Below are positions 1-9,918 of a DNA stretch of 64,000 nt, in pieces; the stretch's first letter is position 1; the number at the start of each line of letters is the position of its first letter. The notes under the pieces are model-generated. The model was not told where the DNA came from, did not search any database, and worked only from the letters and a program-made list of their open reading frames with translations. The stretch is from Alphaproteobacteria bacterium (GTDB taxonomy: Bacteria > Pseudomonadota > Alphaproteobacteria > MPNO01). Where the stretch lies: positions 2,176,001-2,240,000 of the forward strand of contig CBDFLJ010000001.1 in assembly GCA_965248835.1 (NCBI GenBank), in the 5' to 3' direction. A program made the position numbers and the translations under genes.

Positions 1-309
1 CATCTGTTCGATGTTTCCCCGCGCGCCTTCGTGCCCCCGCCCAAGGTCGACTCCAGTGTCATCGCCTTGGCCCCGCGCGCCGAGCCCCTGGCCCCGGCCC
101 GCTTCGAGACCCTGGAGCGGGTGACCGCGGCGGCGTTCGGCCAAAGACGCAAGATGCTGCGTTCGGCGCTCAAGAGCCTGGTTGCGGCTCCCGGGCCATT
201 GTGCGCCGAAGCCGGGATCGAACCCACCGCCCGCGCCGAGACGCTCCCGGTGGAAGCATTCTGCGCGCTGGCGCGCGCGCTGGGCTCCGACGTCGCAACC
301 GAAAAATGA
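1..309 (+). CDS. rsmA: 16S rRNA m6,2A dimethyltransferase, C-terminal part (5' end outside window)
   Basis: Frame open from base 1: [18 protein letters not shown]...[14 protein letters not shown]...RAETL, typical KsgA C-terminus. Confidence 0.93.
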   Translation, partial: HLFDVSPRAFVPPPKVDSSVIALAPRAEPLAPARFETLERVTAAAFGQRRKMLRSALKSLVAAPGPLCAEAGIEPTARAETLPVEAFCALARALGSDVATEK

Positions 310-342
310 CCATCGCAGCGATCTTCCCCGCGCCGAGCGGGC

Positions 343-1017
343 TCAGCTTTCCTCGTTGAGCCCCATGTCCCAGAACCGCGCCTCCAGCATCGTCGCGCGG
401 CGGAACGTGGCCAGGAGATCCCCGAAGCGGCCCGGCCCGGCGCGCTCGGCTTCCAGCCGGTCGAGGCTCGCCATCGCCGATGCCGCAACCGCCTGGTACT
501 CCTCCCCGGCATAGGTATCGATCCATTCGCGGTACGGGTTGGCGGCATCGGGAGCCTGCTCGGCCAGGACGCGGCTGCCGATCAGCGCGTAGCCGACGAC
601 GCACGGCGAGAGCGCGACATGCAGGTCCAACAGGTCGCCCGCCATGCCGCGTTCCAGGACGTAGCTGGTATAGGCCAAGGTGGCGGCCGCCGCCGGCGTC
701 GCGGCAAGCTCCGCCTCCTCGATGCCCCAGCGGGCGCAGAAGCCGATATGGAGGCCCATCTCGCTGTCGAGGATGGCCGAGACCATGGCGGCCGCCTCGC
801 GGATCGCGGGCAGGGTATCGGCCTTGCAGGCGGCAAGCGCATAGGCGCGCGCGAGGTGGATCAGGAAGATGTAGTCTTGGACGAGGTAATGGCGAAAGGC
901 GCTCTCGGCCAGCGTGCCGTCGGACAGCCGGGCGATGAAGACGTGCCCGGCATAGGCGTGCCATTCCTCGGGGCAGCCCGCCACCAGACGCCCGAACAGC
1001 CCGGCCGGCTCGATCAC
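343..1017 (-). CDS. tenA: Thiaminase II / TenA family protein
   Basis: FRHYLVQDYIFL, ALSPCVVGY, NPYREWIDTY, LEARFWDM motifs. Confidence 0.9.
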   Translation of the reverse strand: MIEPAGLFGRLVAGCPEEWHAYAGHVFIARLSDGTLAESAFRHYLVQDYIFLIHLARAYALAACKADTLPAIREAAAMVSAILDSEMGLHIGFCARWGIEEAELAATPAAAATLAYTSYVLERGMAGDLLDLHVALSPCVVGYALIGSRVLAEQAPDAANPYREWIDTYAGEEYQAVAASAMASLDRLEAERAGPGRFGDLLATFRRATMLEARFWDMGLNEES

Positions 1018-1021
1018 CGTA

Positions 1022-1354
1022 TCAGCCCTCCATGTGGTTGACGGTTTCCAGCGGCAGGCGCAGCTTCAGCCCGTCGAGCGCATCGGTGACGACGATCTGG
1101 CAGCCCAGCCGCGATGTCGGGCTCACCCCCCAGGCGAGGTCCAGCATGTCCTCCTCGTCATCGCTGGGCTCGGGCAGACGGTCGAAATCCGCTTCGTCCA
1201 GGATCACATGACAGGTCGAGCACGCCATCGAGCCCTCGCAGGCGCCCTCGATATCGATGTCGTTCTCCCAGGCGATCTCGAGCACCGTCTTGCCGGCCGA
1301 GACCTCAAGCACCCGCCGCGTCCCGTCGGGCAGGATGAAGCTTACCCTCGGCAT
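1022..1354 (-). CDS. fdx: Adrenodoxin-type 2Fe-2S ferredoxin
   Basis: GACEGSMACSTCHV...EEDMLDLA...SRLGCQ. Confidence 0.93.
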   Translation of the reverse strand: MPRVSFILPDGTRRVLEVSAGKTVLEIAWENDIDIEGACEGSMACSTCHVILDEADFDRLPEPSDDEEDMLDLAWGVSPTSRLGCQIVVTDALDGLKLRLPLETVNHMEG

Positions 1355-1381
1355 GGCACGGCGATGATCGGACGCTTCCGG

Positions 1382-2497
1382 TCAGGCCGCCCGCGCACCG
1401 GCGCGGTTCCGCAGCACGGCCCACGCCGCGGCGTAGCGGTCGAGGTCGTCATCGGTCGTCGCCCAGCCCATGCTGACGCGGACGGCGCTGAGCGCCAATG
1501 TCTCGGGCAGCGCCATCGCGGCAAGCACATGGGGGATTTCGACCTTGCCCGACGAACAGGCCGAGCCGGCGCTGATCGAGATGCCTTCGAGATCCATGGC
1601 GATCACCTGGGTCTGGCTGGCAACGCCGGGCATGGTGAGCTTGGAAGTGTTGGGCAGCCGCGGTGCGGCTTCGCCGATCACCACCGCATCGCCGGCGATC
1701 CCCCGGAGCCGCGCCTCCAACCCGTCGCGGCGCGCGTCGAGCGCGGCGAAATCCTCCAGCTTCGCCGCGGCGATGCCGGCGGCCACGCCATAGCCCACGA
1801 TGCCCGCGACGTTCTCGGTCCCGGCGCGCAGGCCACGCTCCTGGCCGCCGCCGTGGATGAAGCGCGCGATGCCGTCAGCGTCGCGGACCACCAGCGCGCC
1901 GACGCCCTGCGGTCCGCCGATCTTGTGGGCGGATAGCGCGTAGGTGTCCGCGCCCAGCGCAGCGACATCGACCGGGATCTTGCCGGCCGCCTGCACCGCG
2001 TCACAGTGGAGCACCGCGCCGTGCGCATGGGCGATCCGCGCGACCTCGGCAACCGGCTGGATGACGCCGGTCTCGTTGTTGGCCAGCATGACCGCGACCA
2101 CTGCCGGCGCATCGTCTTCGGACAGCATGCGCTCAAGCGCGGCCAGGTCGACGGTGCCGTCGGGCAGAGACGGGATCTGCCGGGCGCCGTCGGCGGCGTA
2201 GAGCACCGACTCGTGCTCGATCGCGGCGACCAGCACCCGCCGGCGTGCGGCCGCGCGCAGCGCCTGGTTGTTCGACTCGGTGCCGCTTCCGGTGAAGACC
2301 ACGGACTCGGGCTCGGCGCCGACCAGCGCCGCCACCGACGCGCGGGCATCCTCGATCTTGGCGCGCGCCGCCCGGCCGTCGGCATGGATCGAAGACGCGT
2401 TGCCGCCCTCGCGCAGGGCCACGGCCACGGCGTCGACGACTTCAGGCCAGACCGGCGCGGTGGCGTTGTAGTCCAGATAGACCCTTTGAGCCATCAT
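1382..2497 (-). CDS. iscS: Cysteine desulfurase (IscS/NifS class V PLP enzyme)
   Basis: YLDYNAT, SAHKIGGP (PLP Lys), SAGSACSSG (catalytic Cys); start 2497 or 2494. Confidence 0.88.
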   Translation of the reverse strand: MMAQRVYLDYNATAPVWPEVVDAVAVALREGGNASSIHADGRAARAKIEDARASVAALVGAEPESVVFTGSGTESNNQALRAAARRRVLVAAIEHESVLYAADGARQIPSLPDGTVDLAALERMLSEDDAPAVVAVMLANNETGVIQPVAEVARIAHAHGAVLHCDAVQAAGKIPVDVAALGADTYALSAHKIGGPQGVGALVVRDADGIARFIHGGGQERGLRAGTENVAGIVGYGVAAGIAAAKLEDFAALDARRDGLEARLRGIAGDAVVIGEAAPRLPNTSKLTMPGVASQTQVIAMDLEGISISAGSACSSGKVEIPHVLAAMALPETLALSAVRVSMGWATTDDDLDRYAAAWAVLRNRAGARAA

Positions 2498-2722
2498 CTG
2501 CACCCAGGGTTGCGGAGGCGAGCAAGCGCTCGGCGGGCGGGTGAATTTGGAGGCTTGAAATTTCGTCCCGCGGTCATGGTATAACGCGCTCGGTCGTCAC
2601 CATTCTCGGCACTCGGTTCCTGCCGACCGGCCGACCCGCGCGAGCACTCTAAGGCTGCGCCATGAGCTGTCAACCGCCCGGAAAGGCAGCGGTCAGCGAG
2701 GCGAGGAGGATCGGGACCCCAA

Positions 2723-3385
2723 ATGCCAGAGGTCATATTCAACGGTCCGGAGGGACGGTTGGACGGCCGCTATCATCACGGCAAGCTGCCCGGCGCGCCG
2801 ATCGCCATTATGCTTCATCCGCACCCGCAATATGGCGGGACGATGAACAACAAGGTCGTCTTCCAGATATTCCAGGCCTTTACCAAGCGCGGATTCTCCA
2901 CGCTGCGGTTCAATTTCCGCGGCGTCGGACGCTCGCAGGGTGTCTATGACGAGGGGTTGGGCGAGCTCAGCGACGCCGCAGCGGCGCTCGATTGGCTGCA
3001 GTCATGCAACCCGAACGCTTCGCAATGCTGGATCGGCGGGTTCTCGTTCGGCGCCTGGATCGGCATGCAGCTCCTGATGCGCCGGCCGGAGATCACCGGC
3101 TTCATTTCCATCGCCCCGCCCGCCAGCATGTATGATTTCACCTTCCTCGCGCCGTGCCCGGCATCGGGGCTGTTCATCCATGGCGATGCCGACGAGGTGG
3201 TCCCGCTGGAGTCGGTCTCCACGCTGGCGGAAAAGCTGTCCGCCCAGCGCGGTATTACCATCGACTACCGCGTGCTGCCGGGCGCCAACCACTTCTTCCA
3301 CGACCATATCGAGGTGCTGAGCGCGCAGATCGACGACTATCTGGACGCGAACTACGTCCCGACCCCGGTCGAAAGCGTCGACTAA
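2723..3385 (+). CDS. Alpha/beta hydrolase, divergent from the cysteine desulfurase
   Basis: HPHPQYGGTMNN, RFNFRGVGRS, GFSFG nucleophile elbow, GANHFF. Confidence 0.9.
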   Translation: MPEVIFNGPEGRLDGRYHHGKLPGAPIAIMLHPHPQYGGTMNNKVVFQIFQAFTKRGFSTLRFNFRGVGRSQGVYDEGLGELSDAAAALDWLQSCNPNASQCWIGGFSFGAWIGMQLLMRRPEITGFISIAPPASMYDFTFLAPCPASGLFIHGDADEVVPLESVSTLAEKLSAQRGITIDYRVLPGANHFFHDHIEVLSAQIDDYLDANYVPTPVESVD

Positions 3386-3409
3386 CGCGGGTTCGTATCC
3401 GAAAATGCT

Positions 3410-4480
3410 CTACGGCCGGAACAGGCGTCCGCCGGTCATCGGCGTCGGGACGCCGGTCGTGCTCGGCAGGCTCAACGGCAGGCCGCGCAGGCTGCGCACC
3501 GCGAGATAGGCGAACGCCTGGGCCTCGATGGCATCGCCCGACCAGCCCTGGCTCTCGACCGGCAGGCACGGCACGCCGAGCACGGCGGCCAGACGCGCAA
3601 TGATCTGACGGTTGTGCCGACCGCCGCCGGTGGCAAGCAACAGGCGCGGCGCGGCGGGCAGGTGTTCGAACGCGCGCGCGACCGCCCGGACCGTCACCTC
3701 GACCAGGCTGGCCGCGCCGTCGGCCGCGGGCAGTTCGGCGACCGGCGCGAGGTCGAAATCGAGACGGTCGAGCGATTTCGGCGGCGCCCGGTCGTAATAG
3801 GGATCGGCGAGATATCGGGCCACCGCCGCTGCGTCCGGCCGCCCCGATGCCGCGAGCCGCCCGCCCTCGTCATACCGCGCGCCGGTATGGCGCTCGGTCC
3901 ATTGATCGATCAGCCCGTTTCCCGGTCCCGTGTCAAAGGCGATGGGAGGCACCTGTTCGCCGATCCAGGTGAGGTTCGCGATGCCGCCGATGTTGAGCAC
4001 CGCGACAGGCTTTTCAAGGGGTGCGGCGAGCGCGGCGTGGAACAGCGGCGCCAACGGCGCGCCCTGGCCGCCAGCGGCGACATCGGCGGCGCGGAAGTCG
4101 CACACCACGGGGAGCCCAAGTGCGGAAGCCAGCTTTGCGCCATCGCCGATCTGTAGCGTCAGACGGTCCCTGGGGCGGTGATCGACCGTATGGCCGTGGA
4201 AGCCGATCAGGTCGACGGGCCGATGTCCGGCAACCAGCGCGCGCACGGCGTCGGCGTGGCGGCGCGTAAGCTCCGCGGCGACGGGTTCCAGGCCGGCGGT
4301 CCTGCCCAGCCGGTCGGCGAGCCGGCGGCGGAAATCATCGGGATAGGGTGCGGTGAGCCATGGGCCGAACGCTGCGATGGTCTCGCCGTCGGTCTGGATC
4401 AGCGCCGCATCGATGCCGTCGAGGGAGGTGCCGCTCATCAGCCCGAGGGCCCAGAGCGGCTCCGGCCCGTCGGCCGTCAA
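3410..4480 (-). CDS. anmK: Anhydro-N-acetylmuramic acid kinase
   Basis: GLMSGTSLDGIDAA, GFHGHT, GGQGAPLAP, NIGGIAN, FDTGPGN; TTG start at 4480 overlaps upstream stop (TTGA). Confidence 0.92.
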   Translation of the reverse strand: MTADGPEPLWALGLMSGTSLDGIDAALIQTDGETIAAFGPWLTAPYPDDFRRRLADRLGRTAGLEPVAAELTRRHADAVRALVAGHRPVDLIGFHGHTVDHRPRDRLTLQIGDGAKLASALGLPVVCDFRAADVAAGGQGAPLAPLFHAALAAPLEKPVAVLNIGGIANLTWIGEQVPPIAFDTGPGNGLIDQWTERHTGARYDEGGRLAASGRPDAAAVARYLADPYYDRAPPKSLDRLDFDLAPVAELPAADGAASLVEVTVRAVARAFEHLPAAPRLLLATGGGRHNRQIIARLAAVLGVPCLPVESQGWSGDAIEAQAFAYLAVRSLRGLPLSLPSTTGVPTPMTGGRLFRP

Positions 4481-5346
4481 ACTTCCGGGTCCGTCGACAG
4501 GTAGTGGTCGATGATCTCCGATCCGGTGGCGCACCACACGCCCTCGTGGCCGCAGATATACGCCAGCGCGGAGTCGAGCGCGTGGATCCGGTGCGGGACC
4601 CCGATGATGAACGGGTGCAGGCAGATCGCCATCACCCGGCCGGACTCCGCGCCCTCGCGGTAGAGCACGTCGAACTGGCGGCGTATCATCGCCTCGAACT
4701 CGTCCGAACTCCTGCCCTGGCGCATCATCTGGGGCAAGTCGTTGATCTCGCCCGAATAGGGGATCGAGGCAATGCGCCTGCCGCCCACGTCCATCAGGTA
4801 GGGCTGGTCGTCGTTGATCCAGTCCGCAACATAGTCCGCGCCGGCGTCGATCAGGTTCTCCAGCGTGTGCCAGCTCTCCTGCAACCCCGATGACAGCCAG
4901 CCGCGCGGCCGCCTGCCTGTGGCCGCCTCGATCCGCTCGAAGGTGCGCATGACCACCGCCCGCTCCTCGTCGGGCTCCATCAGGTGCAGATAGCGAGAGT
5001 TGCTTTCGTTGTGGCCCATGAACTCCCAATCGAGCGCCTTGGCGTCCTCGATGATTTCCGGATAGTCGTCGCACACCTCGCTGTTGAGCGCGACGGTGCC
5101 ACGCACCCCGTGTCGGGCCATCACCTCCATCATGCGGAAGATGCCGACCCGCGCGCCGTAGTCCCGCGGCGCCCAGTTTATGATGTCGTGCGCTTTGCCG
5201 GTGCCGCCGGGCACCGGCTCGTCGAGCGGGAAGATCTCGATATTGGGGATCACCCACAGCGCCAGGCGCGCCCCGCCCGGCCATTCTAGCTTGGGTCGCC
5301 GATTGATGGGGACATAGCGGAAGGGTCCGTAGCGCTGCGGTTCCAT
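4477..5346 (-). CDS. Polysaccharide deacetylase (CE4, PuuE/allantoinase-like)
   Basis: WPGGARLALWVIPNIE, RDYGARVG, EFMGH, DDQPY, ICLHPFIIG. Confidence 0.85.
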   Translation of the reverse strand: MEPQRYGPFRYVPINRRPKLEWPGGARLALWVIPNIEIFPLDEPVPGGTGKAHDIINWAPRDYGARVGIFRMMEVMARHGVRGTVALNSEVCDDYPEIIEDAKALDWEFMGHNESNSRYLHLMEPDEERAVVMRTFERIEAATGRRPRGWLSSGLQESWHTLENLIDAGADYVADWINDDQPYLMDVGGRRIASIPYSGEINDLPQMMRQGRSSDEFEAMIRRQFDVLYREGAESGRVMAICLHPFIIGVPHRIHALDSALAYICGHEGVWCATGSEIIDHYLSTDPEV

Positions 5347-5432
5347 GGGCGGTCTCCCTTTGCGGCGAAGCGGCGATGTTACCCCGGCCCCGGCTGTTTT
5401 CCCAGCCGGTCGGGTTGTGCTAAGGAGCGCCC

Positions 5433-6689
5433 ATGACCGGCCACCGATCGGACTTCATGCGGACCGTCGCCGCGCGCGGCTTCGTCCATCAATGCACCGA
5501 CGCCGAGGGGCTCGACGCTCTGCTCGCCGAAGAACCGCCCAAGGTCTGCTATATCGGCTTCGACTGCACCGCCGACAGCCTGCATGTCGGCTCGCTGGTG
5601 CCGATCATGCTGCTGCGCTGGTGGCAGCACTGCGGTCACAAGCCGATCGTGCTGATGGGCGGCGGGACGACCAAGGTGGGCGACCCCTCGGGCAAGGACG
5701 ACACCCGCCAGCTCCTGGACGAGGCGCAGATCGCCTGCAACATGGCGGGCATCAAGCGCGTCTTCGCCCAGTTCCTCACCTTCGGGGACGGGCCGACGGA
5801 TGCGGTGATGATTGACAACGCCGATTGGCTGGACGCGCTCGCCTATATCGCGTTCCTGCGCGAATACGGCCGCCACTTCTCGGTCAACCGGATGCTGGGA
5901 TTCGACTCGGTCAGGCTCCGGCTCGAGCGCGAGCAGCCGCTGAGCTTTCTCGAGTTCAATTACATGGTGCTCCAGGCCTACGACTTCCTGGAGCTCAGCC
6001 GCCGGACCGGATGCGTGCTCCAGATGGGTGGATCCGATCAATGGGGCAACATCGTCTCGGGCATAGAGCTCGGCCGCAGGCTGGACGGCGTGCAGCTCTT
6101 CGGGCTGACCTCGCCGCTGATCACCACCGTTTCGGGCGAGAAGATGGGCAAGACCGCCGGCGGCGCGGTCTGGCTCAACGCCGAACGGGTCAGCCCTTAC
6201 GACTACTCCCAATTCTGGCGCAACACCGCCGATGAAGACGTCGGGCGCTTCCTGCGGCTTTTCACCACCCTGCCCGAGGACGAGATCGCCCGGCTCGAAG
6301 CGCTGGAGGATGCCGAGATCAACCAGGCCAAGAAGGTGCTGGCCCGGGAATGCACCGCACTGTGCCACGGCGCGCAGGCGGCGGACGAGGCGGCCGAAAC
6401 CGCCCGGGCGACCTTCGAGGAGGGTGCGCCAGGGCAGGGCTTGCCGCGCCTGGCGTTGCCGCGTGCCGAACTCGCGACCGGCATCCCGGCCTTCGAGATC
6501 CTGCAGCGTGCCGGCCTTGCCGGGTCCAAGGGCGATGCACGGCGGCTGATCCGCGGCGGCGGCGGGCGGCTCAACGACCGGCCGTTCGCCAACGAGATGC
6601 AGCCGGTCTCGCTCGCCGACCTCTCGGCCGAGGGGATCATCAAGCTTTCGGCCGGCCGGAAGAAGCACGTCATCGTCGAGCCCGCCTGA
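5433..6689 (+). CDS. tyrS: Tyrosyl-tRNA synthetase
   Basis: [31 protein letters not shown]-terminal S4 domain. Confidence 0.97.
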   Translation: MTGHRSDFMRTVAARGFVHQCTDAEGLDALLAEEPPKVCYIGFDCTADSLHVGSLVPIMLLRWWQHCGHKPIVLMGGGTTKVGDPSGKDDTRQLLDEAQIACNMAGIKRVFAQFLTFGDGPTDAVMIDNADWLDALAYIAFLREYGRHFSVNRMLGFDSVRLRLEREQPLSFLEFNYMVLQAYDFLELSRRTGCVLQMGGSDQWGNIVSGIELGRRLDGVQLFGLTSPLITTVSGEKMGKTAGGAVWLNAERVSPYDYSQFWRNTADEDVGRFLRLFTTLPEDEIARLEALEDAEINQAKKVLARECTALCHGAQAADEAAETARATFEEGAPGQGLPRLALPRAELATGIPAFEILQRAGLAGSKGDARRLIRGGGGRLNDRPFANEMQPVSLADLSAEGIIKLSAGRKKHVIVEPA

Positions 6690-6708
6690 AGCGTGTTCCG
6701 AACAAGCT

Positions 6709-9700
6709 CTAATTCGGTAACGCCGCGTCAGGCAAGGCCGCGCCGTCTTCCGGCGCGCCGGCAGGCTGGCCGATGCCCTTCAGCAGGCCGCGCAGGAACC
6801 CCGGCGCGAGCACGGCCAGCGGGTTGAAGCCGAAGCGCGGCCGGTCAAGCGATCCTGCGACGTTGAAGGTCGCCGCGAACAGCCCGCCGCCCTTCTCCGG
6901 CGAGAACAGGAGGCCGAAGCCGGGAATGTTGCCCATCGCGGAGTTGATCGTATAGGCCGGGATGAGCGTGCCGCGGACATCGATCTTCCGCCCCTGCAGA
7001 TCGATGGTGCCGCGCCCGGTCATGCCGAACTCGCGGCCCAGCGCCCTGCCGTTCCTGATGCGGATCCGCGCGCCGTCATAACGGAAGGGGAGATCCAAGC
7101 GGTGAAATTGAACGCCGGCCCCGTCGAGGCTTTTCTTCAGCGTCCCGAACGAGGCAACGCCCAGTGCTCCGGCAAGCGCGGGCACATCGGCAAGCACGAA
7201 GTCCTTGACCAGCAGCCGGCCGCGCCACGGCTCGTCCGGTTGCCGGGTCGGCCGTTCGGCATTCAGCGACAGCCGGCCGCCGCGGATGCGGTCTAGGATG
7301 CCGAGGATCTTGAACGTCCGCCCGGCATCCAAGCTGTCGATCCTCAGCCGCCGGCCGGGCGGGCCGGCGTTATAGGCGATCTCGATCGGCTTGGCGTTGG
7401 GGAACCGTCCGTTGATCAGGATCTTTCGCCATCCGCCCCGGTCGCGTTGCAATTCCACCCGCGCGGCCGCGATGGGCTGACCGGGGCGCAGCACCAGACG
7501 GCCCAGACTCGCGTTCACGCGGAGCGATGGGAGCGCGTCGTCGGACGGCCGGTTCACCCGTCCAATCAGCGGCGAGGCATCGAAGCGCCGCCCGGTCGCC
7601 TCAATCGTCCAGCCCGCCGGGCCATCGCGGACAATCCGCCCACCCAGATCGATCCGATCGCCGATCACCAGGCGCGCGATGTCGATCGACGCGATCCCGC
7701 CCTCGCGCATCATCGTGATGGTCCCGGATGCCTTCAGATCTGCGGCCGCGATGCGGTCGAGCCGCACCGACCGAACGGTATCGCCGTCATAGGCCAACGC
7801 GAACGTCGCCTCCGCCGCGCGACCCGGCGGCTTGCGCCAATCGAGCGCGGCGATTTCCAATGCGCTGCCGCCCAGATCCAGCCTGCCCGAGGCGGACCGT
7901 GTTCCGTCGGGAGCAATCGTGTAGGAGGCCGCGAGGTCGACCGGCCCGGTCACGATCGGTGCCAAATCGATGCCGAGCCGCACGCGGTCGGCCTCATCCA
8001 GGCGCGCGCGCACGTCATAACGGCTGCGGAACGGACCCAGACCGTCGAAGCGTTCGCTCCAATCGACGTCGGCGGCGATCTCGGAGATGCGGGCCTTGCC
8101 GGAGATCCGCATGCCTCTGCCGTCGATCACGGCCGAGAACGAGCCGCCGGCAAGATCGTGCCCGAGGAACGTTTCGGGGATCGACAAGGCTTCGAGCCGC
8201 GCGTTGGCACCGATCTCGACATCGTCGAAGGCGAGCGCGGCGATGGCGGGAAATCGGGCGGTGATCCTCATCGCCGCTCGACCCGCAACGCGGGCAGGCG
8301 TCAGCCCCAGCCGGCTGGGGTAGCCCAAGCGCGGGTGATCGAGGATCTCCAGCACGCTCCACAACGGCCCGCCGATGGCGGCGTCCACCGAGATCTCGGC
8401 CTTGCCCGAGGACAGGCCGGTAATCGAGACCGTGCCGTGTTCCACCTCGAGCGCCCGCAGAAATCCGCGTTTGATGGCGATTTCCGCCCGGTCCGGTCCG
8501 ATCTCGACCGATGCGTCGATATCGACGATGGGCTCCAGCGGCCGCAGATAGTGGACCCGCGTGCGGGTCAGACCGAGCGTGACCCTGGCGCGGACGAGTT
8601 CCGGCGCGGCGTCGGCCGCCGGCAGGCGCACGGCGAAGTCGGCGTTCAGGTCCTCGATCCTGCCGCGGTCGAGGTTCTCGGCGATCCAGGCCCTGGCGCC
8701 CCGCGCCACACCCGGCGGCCAGTAGCGGGGCAAGATCTCGAAGTTCATTCCGCTGAGGCCTGCGATGCCTGAGGCGAGGGCATCGCCGCCGATGCCGCTG
8801 ATCTTTCCGTTCAGCGTGAGCCGCGGGCCGCCGAGGTCGATCTCCATCTGGTCGAAGCGCAACAGACCGGCCGCGGCCTCGAAGGAACCGGTAGCACTGA
8901 ACGCGGTGAGATCGAATTGGTGGCGGCCGAGCGCCGCATGGCTCGCGGTGCCGGCACCGCCGGCGAGCGTGAAGCGAACCGCCTCGACGGCGCCCCGCGG
9001 GTCGATCCGCGCCCTGATCGTGCCGCCGACCGGCACCGCCAGCCCTCGCAGGTGCTCTGTCGGCGGCACCGCCCGAGCCAGGCCGCGGGCGAGGAGGTCG
9101 GGCCTCGCCCCGCCGAGATTGGCGACGATGTCGATTGTACCGCTGGCGGCGTCCCGGCCGAGCGTGCCCTCGACCGAAGCCCGCGCCGGGCCGAGCCGGG
9201 CCTCGAACTCGAAGCTCGCCCGCAGACCGCCGTCACCGTTGATGATCACCGCTGCGGCACGGGGGGCCGTCCAGGTCAGGCCAAGCCGCCGATCATCGAT
9301 CCGCAGGCGCGCACGCTGGATGCCGATTCGCCGGAGTCCCGCCCAGGGACCCGTGCCTTCGCGCAGGTCCGTCAGGTCGGCGAGACCCAGCGGCATGATC
9401 GCGCCGTCCGGGCCGGAAAGGCCGAGCGTCACCGCGCTGTCCACTTCCCGCGTGATGGTCACGTCCGGGCCGATCAAGCCGAGACGAGTCGGCCGGATCT
9501 CGCCTGCCAGCAGCGAGCGGAAGGCAAGGCTGACGGAAACTTCGGGGATGGTTGCCAGCACCCTGCCCTGCGTGTCGCTGACGCTGAGAGCGATCACCCT
9601 GATTTCCAGCGGCCGGTGCCAGCCGCCCCAGGTGAGCACGACATCGCGGATCCGCACCCTGTCGGGCACCGCGATCCCGGCCAGGGCCTGGTCGAAATAG

Positions 9701-9828
9701 GGCTTGGCAAAGCCCAGGGAGACCGGACCCTGCGACAGCCGCCAGGCGCCGAGCCCGGCCAACCCGCCGGCCGCGAGCAGGCCGACCAGAATCAAGTCGA
9801 TGCAGATGTGGGTGAACCGGCGGATCAC
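6709..9828 (-). CDS. AsmA-like / YhdP-type (DUF3971, AsmA_2) envelope protein
   Basis: N-terminal TM, WRLSQGPVSL, C-terminal GTLIPAYTINS...NPLAVLAPGFLR; position between tyrS and glnE. Confidence 0.82.
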   Translation of the reverse strand: MIRRFTHICIDLILVGLLAAGGLAGLGAWRLSQGPVSLGFAKPYFDQALAGIAVPDRVRIRDVVLTWGGWHRPLEIRVIALSVSDTQGRVLATIPEVSVSLAFRSLLAGEIRPTRLGLIGPDVTITREVDSAVTLGLSGPDGAIMPLGLADLTDLREGTGPWAGLRRIGIQRARLRIDDRRLGLTWTAPRAAAVIINGDGGLRASFEFEARLGPARASVEGTLGRDAASGTIDIVANLGGARPDLLARGLARAVPPTEHLRGLAVPVGGTIRARIDPRGAVEAVRFTLAGGAGTASHAALGRHQFDLTAFSATGSFEAAAGLLRFDQMEIDLGGPRLTLNGKISGIGGDALASGIAGLSGMNFEILPRYWPPGVARGARAWIAENLDRGRIEDLNADFAVRLPAADAAPELVRARVTLGLTRTRVHYLRPLEPIVDIDASVEIGPDRAEIAIKRGFLRALEVEHGTVSITGLSSGKAEISVDAAIGGPLWSVLEILDHPRLGYPSRLGLTPARVAGRAAMRITARFPAIAALAFDDVEIGANARLEALSIPETFLGHDLAGGSFSAVIDGRGMRISGKARISEIAADVDWSERFDGLGPFRSRYDVRARLDEADRVRLGIDLAPIVTGPVDLAASYTIAPDGTRSASGRLDLGGSALEIAALDWRKPPGRAAEATFALAYDGDTVRSVRLDRIAAADLKASGTITMMREGGIASIDIARLVIGDRIDLGGRIVRDGPAGWTIEATGRRFDASPLIGRVNRPSDDALPSLRVNASLGRLVLRPGQPIAAARVELQRDRGGWRKILINGRFPNAKPIEIAYNAGPPGRRLRIDSLDAGRTFKILGILDRIRGGRLSLNAERPTRQPDEPWRGRLLVKDFVLADVPALAGALGVASFGTLKKSLDGAGVQFHRLDLPFRYDGARIRIRNGRALGREFGMTGRGTIDLQGRKIDVRGTLIPAYTINSAMGNIPGFGLLFSPEKGGGLFAATFNVAGSLDRPRFGFNPLAVLAPGFLRGLLKGIGQPAGAPEDGAALPDAALPN

Positions 9829-9918
9829 GGCCTTGGCCGAGCCGCTTGACCGCCGCGGTTCGGCCCCTCACCTTCTGGGCGGCCTTGCGCGCAGGCGCGG
9901 CCACTTGGAGAGACAAGG

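Noticed and set aside
3410-5284. 624-aa AnmK fusion protein
   Set aside because: The extension is an off-frame reading of the deacetylase gene; AnmK motifs begin only after 4480
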